Source: an uncultured Verrucomicrobiae bacterium (GTDB lineage Bacteria; Verrucomicrobiota; Verrucomicrobiia; Limisphaerales; Palsa-1400). Taken from it: a stretch of DNA of 64,000 nucleotides. Position numbers and translations under genes: made by a program. A model generated the notes under the pieces. That model saw only the letters and a program-made list of their open reading frames with translations, had not been told where the DNA came from and made no database searches. This document shows, piece after piece, positions 29,397-38,937 of this stretch (position 1 is the first letter of the stretch; each line of letters opens with the position of its first letter). Location: the NCBI GenBank assembly GCA_963702845.1, contig OY969763.1, positions 736,001-800,000 on the forward strand, in the 5' to 3' direction.

Positions 29397-31043
29397 CTAA
29401 TTGTTCACAGCGCCGTTTTTAGTGTCCGTCGTTAACACTTCCTGCACGCCTGTGAAAAAGGCGTCGGCAACTTTCTGTCGGCCCGATTGAGTCAGGTGCA
29501 TGATATCAGTGAAGTTGGAGTAAACGCCATCCAGTCCCGGGTGGGTGTCTACGAGGTGAATTGTCGGTTCTTGCTGGGCCAGTGCAGCCAGCATTTTCGT
29601 GTATCCCTCATTAGCCATGATAGTCCAGGGAGCGTCCGGGAAAACTCCATGATAAAAGTCGATGGCTTCCCGCTCACTGCCGCCGTTCACGGCCAGGGAG
29701 AACGTGCCGATAACGAGATCGATTTTGTTAGTCTTGCACACATCCACAAGTCGTCGCGTGTCGGCGGCATATCTCGAATTCAAAACGTTGCCGAACGTGG
29801 GCGGATGCTCTTGAAGATTAGCCAGGCGGCGCTTGTTGAACTGGTAAACGTTCCAACGGTATTCCAGGTTGGCGATTAACGTCAACGCGCGCTCTTGGTA
29901 TTTTGGAGGGTCCGGGTCGGTCAGCGGCGGGATGGCGTCGTTCAAAAAACTGAAGCCGTTGATGCCGTGGTAAGAAATGATCATGTCCGGCTTAAGCCGA
30001 AGGATATCCTGTTCGAGTCGCCACAAACTGTCTTCGATTGTGCTTGCCGGAAAACCGGCATTTATGACCTCAACAAGGCGCGGCAAATTCAGTCGGGTGC
30101 GGATCATCTCTTCCAACAAATCCGGCCACGGACGATCACCAGGCTGGAAAGTGATCCCAAACGTCGTGGACTCTCCGATAGCAACAATTCGAAACGTTTT
30201 TCCTTTCGCAACCGCAAGATCGCGCCCGCGAAACCCGACGTTGTTGATGCGGACGTCGCTCTTGTAGAAGCGGAAGTTCGAATTCGTTCGAAATCGATAT
30301 GCTGGCGCTTTTTCGTCCCGTGTTTTCACGACAATCTCCTGTTGCATTCGTTCCCATTCTGCGATGATCAATGGAAACCAACACTCATAAACTCTTCCCG
30401 GGTGGGTGGCGCTTGCGCAATAATAGTAAGGAGCGTCGGTGTGGTCGTTGATTCTGGTATGGAGTGGCGCACGGACAAAAAGATCTGCAACCGGCAATCC
30501 AATCAGCAACAGGATAGTCGTGTTTTGACACAGAATTACAAACTGCGGGGGGCGAAACCACAATTTGCAGCCGATGATTATCAAACAATTCATCGTCAAA
30601 CCCGCGTATACTCTTAAGACACTGTTTTGCAAACAGGCGTCGTAAAGAAAGAGCAACGTTCCGAAGAGACACCAAAACACGATCTGAATTTTCCAACTCC
30701 TGCACCGGGCGGATTGTTCATTTGTCAGTATCGCCGGGATCATTGAAGCTGCGGTTGCCCATGCCATGATGAACGCGAGTATTTGGCCGGAGTCACTCCA
30801 GAAAGTAGGCCCAACAAGCAGGATAACGGCCGCCGTCGTTGTGCAGACCCAGGACAGCGCTAATTCACAAGTCGTGACCCAGCCATTATCCTTGCGCGGA
30901 ATGGATGAAGCCATTGCGATTGCGATCAATATTCCAAACGCGATCGTTACGAGCGATGACACTCCGCTCCATGTGCACAACGACATTACGGCCAATGCCA
31001 AAAGGGCCTGAACTGAAATGGCCGCAATGGTTGGGAGTTTCAC
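29397..31043 (-). CDS. Membrane-anchored SGNH/GDSL hydrolase family protein
   Basis: Several N-terminal TM helices; AIGESTTFG, VINAG, GIN, DIMH. Confidence 0.75.
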   Translation of the reverse strand: MKLPTIAAISVQALLALAVMSLCTWSGVSSLVTIAFGILIAIAMASSIPRKDNGWVTTCELALSWVCTTTAAVILLVGPTFWSDSGQILAFIMAWATAASMIPAILTNEQSARCRSWKIQIVFWCLFGTLLFLYDACLQNSVLRVYAGLTMNCLIIIGCKLWFRPPQFVILCQNTTILLLIGLPVADLFVRAPLHTRINDHTDAPYYYCASATHPGRVYECWFPLIIAEWERMQQEIVVKTRDEKAPAYRFRTNSNFRFYKSDVRINNVGFRGRDLAVAKGKTFRIVAIGESTTFGITFQPGDRPWPDLLEEMIRTRLNLPRLVEVINAGFPASTIEDSLWRLEQDILRLKPDMIISYHGINGFSFLNDAIPPLTDPDPPKYQERALTLIANLEYRWNVYQFNKRRLANLQEHPPTFGNVLNSRYAADTRRLVDVCKTNKIDLVIGTFSLAVNGGSEREAIDFYHGVFPDAPWTIMANEGYTKMLAALAQQEPTIHLVDTHPGLDGVYSNFTDIMHLTQSGRQKVADAFFTGVQEVLTTDTKNGAVNN

Positions 31044-31221
31044 TCTGTACGTCCTAAACGGTTTTGTTGAAGTGGGTCAAGCCGAGAATTGGACAATCGA
31101 CAATGGCTTACAATGTAGACGCCTACACGTTTGAGAAGACCGCGAAGTTTGGAGTTCAAGCTTTAGCGTTCTGCAACAGACACGCAGAAGCGTGAACCGA
31201 ACGAAACTGCGGATCGAGCGA

Positions 31222-33162
31222 TTAGCTTCCGAGGTATGTGTAGTCTTTTAGACTGCGTTCGTAATCATCGAGCAACCGCATTCCCTCAGAAGGCTTCAAT
31301 CGGTCCGACTTAATCGCCTCATCCACCTGCGCCTTCATCTGGCGCTTCAATTCATTCTCGTCGTATTGCACCGACGTGAGCGCCTGGACAATCGTCGTCC
31401 CTTCGATAATTTCTTCGATGTAATAGCCAGCCGGTTCATCGGGATCGAGGAACACGTGGACTTCATTGACGCGACCGAACAAGTTGTGCAGGTCGCCCAT
31501 GATATCCTGATACGCGCCCATCAAAAAGAAACCGACGTAGTAAGGCTCCTGAACACCATTCCCGTTCATGCGAAGTTGATGCAGCGGCAACGTGTCGCGA
31601 ACATCGCGCAAATCGATGAACTTTTTGACCTGCCCATCGGAATCGCACGTGATGTCGACCAACGTGCCTTCGCGCGTTGGTGTTTCATTCAACCGGCTGA
31701 CTGGCATGACTGGGAAAAGTTGCCCGAGCGCCCAATGGTCGAGGAGCGATTGGAATACCGAAAAGTTGCAGACAAATTGGTCCGCGAGACTGTCTTCGAG
31801 CTTCTTGATTTCTTCCGGAATATAACCACTGCCGCGGAAGCTCTGGACGACTTCGTGGCCGACTTCCCAATAAAGTGATTCGATTTTCGCTTTGTCGGGA
31901 AGGTCGAGCAGCCCGAGCGTGAACATCTGGTGCGCTTCTTCCTTGCGCTCGGAAGCGTCGTGATAAGCCTCGAGTTTGTTCAGCTTCCCAAGATTCTTAC
32001 GAATATCGAGCAGATCGCGGACGATCGGATGCTCGTTGTCGCCGTAGGTGAAATTTCCACCGGCATTCGTTTTCTCAATTGCACCGATGACCTCAACAAT
32101 CAGCACGCTATGATGCGCGACAATGGCGCGTCCGCTTTCGCTGACGATTTGCGGGTGAGCAACTTTTTCCTGGTTGCAGACTTCGCCGATGTAAAAAACC
32201 ACGTCGTTTGCGTATTCCTGCAAAGTATAATTAACCGAGCTATCGAAATTCGAGCGGCTGCCGTCGTAGTCAACACCGAGGCCACCGCCCACATCGAGGA
32301 TTTCGATCGCGAAACCCATCTTGTAAAACTTCGCGTAAAACCGGGCCGCCTCCTGGACAGCCTTTTTGATCGTGAGAATGTCGGGAACTTGCGAGCCGAT
32401 GTGGAAATGCAGCAGCTTGAAGCAATGCTCGAGTTTTTCGGCGCGAAGCATTTCAACCGCAGCGAGCAACTCGGCGGTGTTCAAACCGAACTTCGCATTT
32501 TCCCCGCCGCTCTCAGCCCATTTACCAGCGCCTTTGCTCATCAAACGCGCGCGAAAACCAACACAAGGTTCAACGCCAAATTGCTTCGAAACCGTGATAA
32601 TCGTTTTAAGCTCCTCGAGCTTTTCAACGACGAGGATGACTTTTTTGCCCAGCTTGATACCCATCAGCGCCATGCGGATAAAGGTCGTGTCCTTGTATCC
32701 ATTGCAGATGATGATGCTGTTGGATTGGTTTTGCAGCGCCAACCCGGCGAGCAGCTCGGGTTTGCTGCCGACTTCCAATCCGAAATTAAAGGGCTTGCCG
32801 GCATCGAGGATTTCTTCAACCACCTCGCGCAATTGATTCACCTTAATCGGGAACACGCCGCGATATGTGTTTTGATAACCGAATTCGGCAATCGCGCTAT
32901 TGAACGCTTCGTTAATCGCGTTGACGCGATTGCGTAAGATGTCCTGAAACCGAATCAGCAAAGGAAAACGCAGACCGCGCCCGCGAGCTTCTTCGATGAC
33001 ATCAGTGAGATCAACCGTCGCGCCAGCGTCGCTCAAAGGAGTGGCGACGACGTGGCCGGCTTCGTTGATATCGTAATATTTGGCGCCCCATCTTTGGATA
33101 TTATAGAGAGAGCGCGCGGCCTCGATTTCCGGCGAGGATTTGGGGACAGCAGGATGACTCAT
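31222..33162 (-). CDS. speA: Biosynthetic arginine decarboxylase
   Basis: FPIKVNQ (PLP Lys), EVGSKPEL, HFHIGSQ, DVGGGLGVDYDG, ESGRA, DITCDSDG, GAYQDIMGDLHNLFG. Confidence 0.96.
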   Translation of the reverse strand: MSHPAVPKSSPEIEAARSLYNIQRWGAKYYDINEAGHVVATPLSDAGATVDLTDVIEEARGRGLRFPLLIRFQDILRNRVNAINEAFNSAIAEFGYQNTYRGVFPIKVNQLREVVEEILDAGKPFNFGLEVGSKPELLAGLALQNQSNSIIICNGYKDTTFIRMALMGIKLGKKVILVVEKLEELKTIITVSKQFGVEPCVGFRARLMSKGAGKWAESGGENAKFGLNTAELLAAVEMLRAEKLEHCFKLLHFHIGSQVPDILTIKKAVQEAARFYAKFYKMGFAIEILDVGGGLGVDYDGSRSNFDSSVNYTLQEYANDVVFYIGEVCNQEKVAHPQIVSESGRAIVAHHSVLIVEVIGAIEKTNAGGNFTYGDNEHPIVRDLLDIRKNLGKLNKLEAYHDASERKEEAHQMFTLGLLDLPDKAKIESLYWEVGHEVVQSFRGSGYIPEEIKKLEDSLADQFVCNFSVFQSLLDHWALGQLFPVMPVSRLNETPTREGTLVDITCDSDGQVKKFIDLRDVRDTLPLHQLRMNGNGVQEPYYVGFFLMGAYQDIMGDLHNLFGRVNEVHVFLDPDEPAGYYIEEIIEGTTIVQALTSVQYDENELKRQMKAQVDEAIKSDRLKPSEGMRLLDDYERSLKDYTYLGS

Positions 33163-33290
33163 TTAATTTTCACGCGCAACCGAACCGAACTATAAGAACG
33201 CGCCGAAAAAATTCAACAAGCCTTTCAAACTTTTTGCGGTTCATCTTTCGTCCTACTGCCTTCAACCATCAGCCTTTCTTGCGAACCCAC

Positions 33291-33318
33291 TTGCCATCGT
33301 GCGTCTCTCTGTTAAGTT
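33291..33318 (+). promoter_or_regulatory. Putative sigma70 promoter of ffs
   Basis: TTGCCA-N16-TAAGTT with upstream TG, ending 6 nt before the RNA stem. Confidence 0.5.
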
Positions 33319-33324
33319 CCCCGC

Positions 33325-33416
33325 GCCAGGGCCCATGGAATGTGGACTTACAAACCCCGCCAGGGCAGGAATGCAGCAACGGTAGTCTGCTCCGCATCCG
33401 CCGTGGTCACCCTGGC
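33325..33416 (+). ncRNA. ffs: Signal recognition particle RNA (4.5S, small bacterial SRP)
   Basis: Closing stem GCCAGGG/CCCTGGC; helix 8 motif CAGG-GCA-GGAA-TGC-AGCA with GNRA tetraloop; U-rich tail. Confidence 0.9.
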
Positions 33417-33468
33417 ATTTTCTTTTCTTTTAAGTCGTGCAACCAATAGATCAAAATTAGGTCATCGC

Positions 33469-33903
33469 ATGAAACATCTGCTCTGCCTGAGCCTGTTTAT
33501 CGCCGCAGCCTTTAGCGCGCTCGCCGCCGATTTGGGTGACGACGCCAAATCTGTTGAAGGAACGTGGATCCCCGCCGAAGCCGTCCTTGGTGGCAAACCG
33601 ATGCCCGAGGCTGTGCGGAAAAGCATCACCCTCAAATTGCATTCCGGTAAGTACGAAGTCCTCGTCGGCACCAATCCCGACAACGGAACGTATAAAATCG
33701 ATTCCACCAGCAAACCCAAAGCCATGACCATCGTTGGAACCGAAGGCCCGAACCACGGCAAAACATTCCCCGCAATTTACGAAATCAACCGCGATACCCT
33801 CCGCATCTGCTACGACTTGTCAGGCGCGAAACGCCCTGCCGAATTCAAAAGCATCGCCGGCACTCGACTGTATCTCGTCACATACAAACGCAAAAAGGAC
33901 TAA
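33469..33903 (+). CDS. Secreted TIGR03067-like domain protein
   Basis: Signal peptide, EGTW, GTYKIDSTSKPKAM, AIYEINRDTLRICY...RPAEFKS. Confidence 0.75.
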   Translation: MKHLLCLSLFIAAAFSALAADLGDDAKSVEGTWIPAEAVLGGKPMPEAVRKSITLKLHSGKYEVLVGTNPDNGTYKIDSTSKPKAMTIVGTEGPNHGKTFPAIYEINRDTLRICYDLSGAKRPAEFKSIAGTRLYLVTYKRKKD

Positions 33904-33957
33904 GCTCGTCTATCCAAGCTTTGTAGGAGACGAGGTAACGAGTCTCTAGAATCTTGT

Positions 33958-34386
33958 TTATCCTTCAGCTCTCCGCTTCCCGGCCGCAAGCATCGCACAA
34001 GCTTTCTCGATCCGACGCCTATGCGCCTCCGGTTCTTTCGCTGAATCCATCCAACCAATCAAGTCCCGGCGCTCGTTCGGCGTGAGATCGCTCCACTGAG
34101 CCTTTGCCTTCGGCGTAGCCTTGAGTGCGTTGTGCATATCCAGTGACACGATTGAAAAACAACAGGGCCGCCGCTTCCCATCCGCAAGCATCGAGCAAGC
34201 CCTCTCGATCCGGCGTTTACGTGTCTCCGCTTGTTTAGCTGCGTCAATCCAAGTGATAAAATCCCGGCGCGCAATCGGCGTGAGATTACTCCACGCAGCC
34301 TTTGCCGTCGCGGCACCCGCGAGCGCTTTACCGAAATCCATTGGCACACTGGCCTCTGATGCTTCTTCAGCCGGCTGGGGACTCAT
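33958..34386 (-). CDS. YdeI/OmpD-associated family protein (tandem duplicated domain)
   Basis: Two copies of AKAxWSxLTPxxRRDxIxWxDxAKxxExxxRRIExACxMLAxGKRR. Confidence 0.8.
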   Translation of the reverse strand: MSPQPAEEASEASVPMDFGKALAGAATAKAAWSNLTPIARRDFITWIDAAKQAETRKRRIERACSMLADGKRRPCCFSIVSLDMHNALKATPKAKAQWSDLTPNERRDLIGWMDSAKEPEAHRRRIEKACAMLAAGKRRAEG

Positions 34387-34390
34387 TTTA

Positions 34391-34705
34391 TTACGCGGCG
34401 ACATTCGAAGCTCCATCCTTCAAAATCGCCATGCCAGTCTTGATCTTGTAACGGATGGATAAATACCAAGGAAAAGCCACAACCCAAAGCAGCAGAAACC
34501 CAAAAAACAGAACGACCGGCGGATATGAAATGCCAGACCGATAACGCTGGAGCTGAATCCTGGACGAATCAATCGCCGCCCAAACTGCCGTGCCGAGAAT
34601 CAAAAAATAAATCAGAAACACATTCGTGGCACCGACCCTGAGACCGACAAACGATGTGAGCAAGAACAGTGCAATCGTCAGCAAAATAGCGTCACGTGTT
34701 TTCAT
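34391..34705 (-). CDS. Small membrane protein (3 TM), hypothetical
   Basis: MKTRDAILLTIALF...VAFPWYL; hydrophobic helices. Confidence 0.65.
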   Translation of the reverse strand: MKTRDAILLTIALFLLTSFVGLRVGATNVFLIYFLILGTAVWAAIDSSRIQLQRYRSGISYPPVVLFFGFLLLWVVAFPWYLSIRYKIKTGMAILKDGASNVAA

Positions 34706-34715
34706 AATTATCAGG

Positions 34716-35033
34716 TCAGGGCCCATGGTCGCGCCCGTGTTCCTCAGGCACTCTATGGCGAAAATATTCCAGCTCCACGACCGTACGCCGAGCCACTCCG
34801 AGCAAATATCGACGAAACCAAACTCCCCTCGTCGCCTGCCGAGCGGCCAACGGATCTCGCCGCACCTGTTCGACGCGAGGCTTGAGCTCCGAGGCGTCGA
34901 GTCCATGCCCAACCCAGTTCTCGCGATCGCGCTGCAGGAGCCAGTTGCCAACTCGCCGCTGCTGCTTGAAGTAAAGGTAGAAAGCGCCCAACGCCAGAAC
35001 CGTCAATTCGATTATCAAGGTCAACCAAGACAT
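34716..35033 (-). CDS. Hypothetical protein, possibly a degraded gene
   Basis: 105-aa ORF with N-terminal TM helix; competing overlapping frames. Confidence 0.35.
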   Translation of the reverse strand: MSWLTLIIELTVLALGAFYLYFKQQRRVGNWLLQRDRENWVGHGLDASELKPRVEQVRRDPLAARQATRGVWFRRYLLGVARRTVVELEYFRHRVPEEHGRDHGP

Positions 35034-35159
35034 ACTGGCTCATGACATTGACCTCGGTCACAGCCCCGACTCTGAGTCGGCGGACGTAGCGGAAGTCACT
35101 GACAACACAATATTGGTATTTTCATGCGCGTGCAATAATTCCTCACCTTGGGGCTGAGC

Positions 35160-35366
35160 TCATGCTGAACGATGGTACTCAGGGTGACACGTCCCACACC
35201 AGACGGCATCCTCAACACTGAGCGCGTTGTCGTTGAAACTCAAAACTCCGCCCGGAGAAGTAAACCCAGTCATGAACCGCTGCGCTTGAATGTGTTCTTC
35301 GCACACGGCACGTCCGCAGAACTGACAGACCGCTCGCGCCTCTTTTTCACACTTGATGCATTTCAT
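35160..35366 (-). CDS. Small Cys-rich putative zinc-binding protein
   Basis: CxxC...CxxCGRAVCEEH...CGTC pattern. Confidence 0.7.
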   Translation of the reverse strand: MKCIKCEKEARAVCQFCGRAVCEEHIQAQRFMTGFTSPGGVLSFNDNALSVEDAVWCGTCHPEYHRSA

Positions 35367-35380
35367 ATTTGAGTAATGCC

Positions 35381-35409
35381 GCCGAACATTCGCGGTGACT
35401 GGCGCCGAC
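35381..35409 (-). other. attC-like right half (R' core GTTCGGC)
   Basis: Minus strand GGTCGGCGCCAGTCACCGCGAAT-GTTCGGC, 14 nt before ATG 35366. Confidence 0.45.
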
Positions 35410-35437
35410 CCAGTCGTGTTTTTGTTTTACTTTAGCC
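35410..35437. repeat. 28-bp junction repeat, copy 1
   Basis: CCAGTCGTGTT-TTTGTT-TTACTTTAGCC. Confidence 0.8.
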
Positions 35438-35445
35438 TTTAGCAT

Positions 35446-36006
35446 TTAGCCTTCAGGCCTTTCTTTTGTCGCCTGCTGTCTGGCAAATACTTCTTCAAGA
35501 CGCCCTCGTACCGTCCGCACGTGTAAGATAGGGTAGACATTGAACAGTAGTTGAATCACGACAAACAGTGTCGCAACCACTACCTGCCGTTGCAGGCCGA
35601 TGAATACGATGTAAGGCGTGAACAACACCAATGCCCAAAAATGAATGGCTTCAGCCGATTCAACTTTTCGATAGAGCGCCCCCAGATCTGTTTTCCTGCT
35701 TTCGAGGTAGACCGAAGAGTTGAGATGGCGCAGTGGAGTATTCCGCAGAACCTTGCCAAAGCCATAGACACCCAGCTGGCCATACGTTGGGCCAGACATC
35801 TCCCATGCGCGAATCGCTCTCAACGTCTTGGGTATCCGAAGCCTGACGAGTGGTTGAGCGATCTTGGCCAAACCCATGAAATAGAACATTAACAGCAACC
35901 CAAGCCATGGTGACGCAAGGCCGATGACTCTTTGAAGCATGAAGAAGGAAATGCCGAAGCCGATGACGGTTGCGACCAATGCGATGATGCTGCGGAGAGT
36001 CTGCAC
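35446..36006 (-). CDS. Membrane protein, CrtO-like acyltransferase family (tentative)
   Basis: Four TM segments; AEAIHF...LFNVYPIL..R..R.RL pattern. Confidence 0.5.
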   Translation of the reverse strand: MQTLRSIIALVATVIGFGISFFMLQRVIGLASPWLGLLLMFYFMGLAKIAQPLVRLRIPKTLRAIRAWEMSGPTYGQLGVYGFGKVLRNTPLRHLNSSVYLESRKTDLGALYRKVESAEAIHFWALVLFTPYIVFIGLQRQVVVATLFVVIQLLFNVYPILHVRTVRGRLEEVFARQQATKERPEG

Positions 36007-36135
36007 GATGTCTATTCGCGACGCTTAATCGTCAGCCAATCCACCTCAGCTCGTGTAACTTCCCATTGCAGCGCCCCGACCCACGAGTCGTGTCGGTTGC
36101 AACCTGCACGCGAGCGCCTGCCGTTACATCCTCGT

Positions 36136-36924
36136 TTATACATCATTCACCGTAAGCGGCTTTGGAGTTTTACCATCGATGTCGGGGAAGCCATACTCTT
36201 GAGCTAACTGCGCTGCAACCAAAACTCTCCCTGTTCTCTCCATCACCCCGGCATCAGACGCCAGCGCCACAACCGCGCGCCCAATAAACTGTGGGGATTC
36301 CGAATTGCTCAAGTTCAACCATTCGGCTGCCTGCATAACTTTTTCTGTCCGCACCAACCCGGGATACAGTGATACCGCCGCCACATTGTGCTCCCGTAAT
36401 TCTCGTGCCATATCCGCTGTCATCTTGTCCGTCGCGGCTTTGGAAACTCCATAAGCGACATTTCCAATATATTTCTGCGCGGCCCAGAACGAAATATTGA
36501 CGATCAGCCCTCTTCTCTGGGCGACCATCACTTGCGCCGCCATTTGACTGGCCGCGTAATGAGCACGCACACCGGCCTGAAACATCGCGTCCCATCGCCA
36601 GAGCGGCTGCTGCCAAAAAGGGCGAGACCACGTAAACTGCCCATCCTCCAACATGTTCTCATAGCCGCCCCAGACGTTATTGACCAGGATGTCCAACCGT
36701 CCTTGCTCATCCGCAATCCGGCGAAATGCGGCCCCGACTTGCCCATCATTGCGATGGTCGCATTCAATCGCCGTGCCTTTGCCGGAGATATACCGCATAT
36801 CTTCGACCGATCGACCGGTGATATAAACCGTTGCGCCCGCCTCAATCAGTTCAAGAGCAATTCCTTTTCCGACCCCGCGGCTAGCTCCGGTCACAAGAGC
36901 AACTTTTCCGTTCAGCTTTAGCAT
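36136..36924 (-). CDS. Classical SDR oxidoreductase (DHRS1-like)
   Basis: TGASRGVG, LDILVNN, YGVSK catalytic motif. Confidence 0.9.
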   Translation of the reverse strand: MLKLNGKVALVTGASRGVGKGIALELIEAGATVYITGRSVEDMRYISGKGTAIECDHRNDGQVGAAFRRIADEQGRLDILVNNVWGGYENMLEDGQFTWSRPFWQQPLWRWDAMFQAGVRAHYAASQMAAQVMVAQRRGLIVNISFWAAQKYIGNVAYGVSKAATDKMTADMARELREHNVAAVSLYPGLVRTEKVMQAAEWLNLSNSESPQFIGRAVVALASDAGVMERTGRVLVAAQLAQEYGFPDIDGKTPKPLTVNDV

Positions 36925-36967
36925 AAAAATATTCTCTCTAAACTTACGCGCGCACAGCAGCAGCAAG

Positions 36968-36995
36968 CCAATCCTGTTTTTGATTTATTTCAGCA
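36968..36995. repeat. 28-bp junction repeat, copy 2
   Basis: CCAATCCTGTT-TTTGAT-TTATTTCAGCA; contains the stop codon of the upstream gene. Confidence 0.8.
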
Positions 36996-37778
36996 TGGTT
37001 CGGACACGTTTGCTTTGCGCTGCTGACAGTGCGTCGTCAGATAAGTTGCCGTGGAGGAAATATAAAGGTCAGGGCGACTGTGCCACTCGTGTTTGATGCC
37101 ACGCATAAGCAACGCACAATCCACCTCAACTGATCCTGGTGGAAACCGCTGGCGGTCGTCGAAAAAGCAAGATTGCGCTTCCTCAATGGCGAGCGGCGAG
37201 ACGGTCCAATTGAGCGAGTGCAACTCCATACCGTGATAATGCCCCGGAGTCTCGGTAGCCGAGTAACCGGTAGCTCCGAGCGAAAAGAACCCGGCGGCGG
37301 CCTCTAGCGAGGGAAAGATACTTGTCGGCGGCAACTGGCCGGCGAGGCAGCCGGCGAAGGCGATCTCTGTGCCTCCATCCGCCCGCACGATGCGGAGCGA
37401 GACACGGGAATGCGATTCGTCTGACTCGAAGCGGCTACGCTGAAAGATGCCGGGGAAGAAGCGTCCACCGAGCGTCTTGTTGAACCACGAATTCGTGTCA
37501 CGACGGGGAATGATGACCCCCTCTCGCTGCACGCCATCCTGCTCCCACTGGACGGCAATACGATGGGCAGCATTCTCTGAACTGAGGCCGACCCATGCTG
37601 GGACGAGGTGAGGTCTCAATTGCTTGAAACGAATCATGCAAACACCACCCACGCCGTAACCATCATACAACTTCGGTTTGAATGCTGGGGGAAGAACCCG
37701 ACGAAGCGCCTCGGGGTCGATGCGGTAGTTCAGCAAAACCCGCCTGTCGATAATACCGTGGATAGTGTCGAGAAACAT
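36990..37778 (-). CDS. DUF2071-like protein
   Basis: GIIDRRVLLNYRIDP...GGVCMIRF...SENAAHRIAVQW; family recalled from memory. Confidence 0.65.
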   Translation of the reverse strand: MFLDTIHGIIDRRVLLNYRIDPEALRRVLPPAFKPKLYDGYGVGGVCMIRFKQLRPHLVPAWVGLSSENAAHRIAVQWEQDGVQREGVIIPRRDTNSWFNKTLGGRFFPGIFQRSRFESDESHSRVSLRIVRADGGTEIAFAGCLAGQLPPTSIFPSLEAAAGFFSLGATGYSATETPGHYHGMELHSLNWTVSPLAIEEAQSCFFDDRQRFPPGSVEVDCALLMRGIKHEWHSRPDLYISSTATYLTTHCQQRKANVSEPC

Positions 37779-37794
37779 AAATGCAGGGCGACGC

Positions 37795-37823
37795 GCCCGA
37801 ACACCAAGCTCAGCGGCGGCCCG
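37795..37823 (-). other. attC-like right half
   Basis: Minus strand GGCCGCCGCTGAGCTTGGT-GTTCGGGC upstream of ATG 37778. Confidence 0.55.
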
Positions 37824-37851
37824 CCACTCGTGTTCTTGTTTTATTTTAGTT
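37824..37851. repeat. 28-bp junction repeat, copy 3
   Basis: CCACTCGTGTT-CTTGTT-TTATTTTAGTT, abutting the stop codon at 37850-37852. Confidence 0.8.
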
Positions 37852-38092
37852 ACTCATCTTCACCTTTAAACAAAAACTCCGCGACGCAGCGGCTCTGGCG
37901 GATGAGACATATGCCCAGCCCCACCAAAACCAAGGATGATATGGGATAAAACCAGTAGTCACCTGATGCGCCCATTCCTCTGGATCGCGCCATTGTGAAT
38001 AAACCTGAGATAATGGCTGGGATGCCGTGAATAACGACTGAAAGTCCCAGAATTTTGATCAACACATTGGCTAGCTGTTTTGTTTTCATCAT
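37850..38092 (-). CDS. Small two-TM membrane protein, hypothetical
   Basis: 80 aa, two hydrophobic helices. Confidence 0.65.
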   Translation of the reverse strand: MMKTKQLANVLIKILGLSVVIHGIPAIISGLFTMARSRGMGASGDYWFYPISSLVLVGLGICLIRQSRCVAEFLFKGEDE

Positions 38093-38129
38093 TAGTGCGA
38101 TTGGCTAGGCCACATCGTCATGGTTTTTC

Positions 38130-38543
38130 TCACTTCGCGTCGAACGTAAAAGCATAGTCTTGGGCTGACTCGCGAACACCAGCGGCTTTCGCGAGACGCT
38201 CAATCGCCTCCTCTAGAGTCACGTTCTTGAGAGCGAGCGTGATCTTCGAATTAGCCGCACCTGTGACTGGCCCGGTGATCACAAAATTGATTCCTTTGCT
38301 CTCAGGATCATTTTGCTTTGCGGCGGTCGATAGTCGCTGAAGCGCTTCTGCAAACGTAACGCCATCCAGATTGAACTCTGGCAGCACGATGCTCTTGGCC
38401 TTCGTGACAATCGCACGCTCCGATGTCTGTGCATTGGCTGCTTGTGACCGTGGCGGTATGGCGGAACTGCTCGGTGACTTCTTATCGCAGCCCGCTATCA
38501 AAACAGTGGCTGCCATAATTCCAGTGATAATTGGGTTTTTCAT
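38130..38543 (-). CDS. Lipoprotein with STN/secretin N-terminal-like domain
   Basis: Lipobox LIAGC; SIVLPEF..VTFAEAL...GINFV...ITLALKNVTLEEAI. Confidence 0.6.
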   Translation of the reverse strand: MKNPIITGIMAATVLIAGCDKKSPSSSAIPPRSQAANAQTSERAIVTKAKSIVLPEFNLDGVTFAEALQRLSTAAKQNDPESKGINFVITGPVTGAANSKITLALKNVTLEEAIERLAKAAGVRESAQDYAFTFDAK

Positions 38544-38556
38544 AAAACGAAGTGTG

Positions 38557-38581
38557 GCCTAACGATAGGAAGCTGAGCCAG
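38557..38581 (-). other. attC-like right half (canonical R' core GTTAGGC)
   Basis: Minus strand TGGCTCAGCTTCCTATC-GTTAGGC, 13 nt before ATG 38543. Confidence 0.6.
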
Positions 38582-38598
38582 GCAACAAATATCTCATC

Positions 38599-38937
38599 TC
38601 AGTAATCAGGCTCAAACTGAATCTGGAGAGCTGGTAAAAGCGAGAAACCGCCCCGCTGCAACCTCTCTTTCGTGTCTTTCATAACCTGCTGAAACTCGGT
38701 GTCACCTAGCTCTAACTCGCCGATGCCCTCAACACCGAATACGCCAAGCTCACGTCCGACCAACAGCAAATAATACTCTCCGCCTTCCATCGAAAAATTG
38801 CCCCAGTAATGTTGGAGACCAACGCGCTTGGCGGCTTGTATGAGAGGATGTGTGCGCGCCTCCAACTGCTCAAGCTCGGACTCATCTGTCACGTGATAAC
38901 GCTCCCCGTAATAAACGACACATGAATCAGCGCCCAT
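38599..38937 (-). CDS. Hypothetical protein
   Basis: 112-aa ORF with globular composition, co-oriented in the array. Confidence 0.65.
   Translation of the reverse strand: MGADSCVVYYGERYHVTDESELEQLEARTHPLIQAAKRVGLQHYWGNFSMEGGEYYLLLVGRELGVFGVEGIGELELGDTEFQQVMKDTKERLQRGGFSLLPALQIQFEPDY

Noticed and set aside
35410..37851. 28-bp repeats as canonical dif/pdif sites
   Set aside because: Only one arm is XerD-like, the other lacks the XerC ATAA end, and the orientation does not alternate
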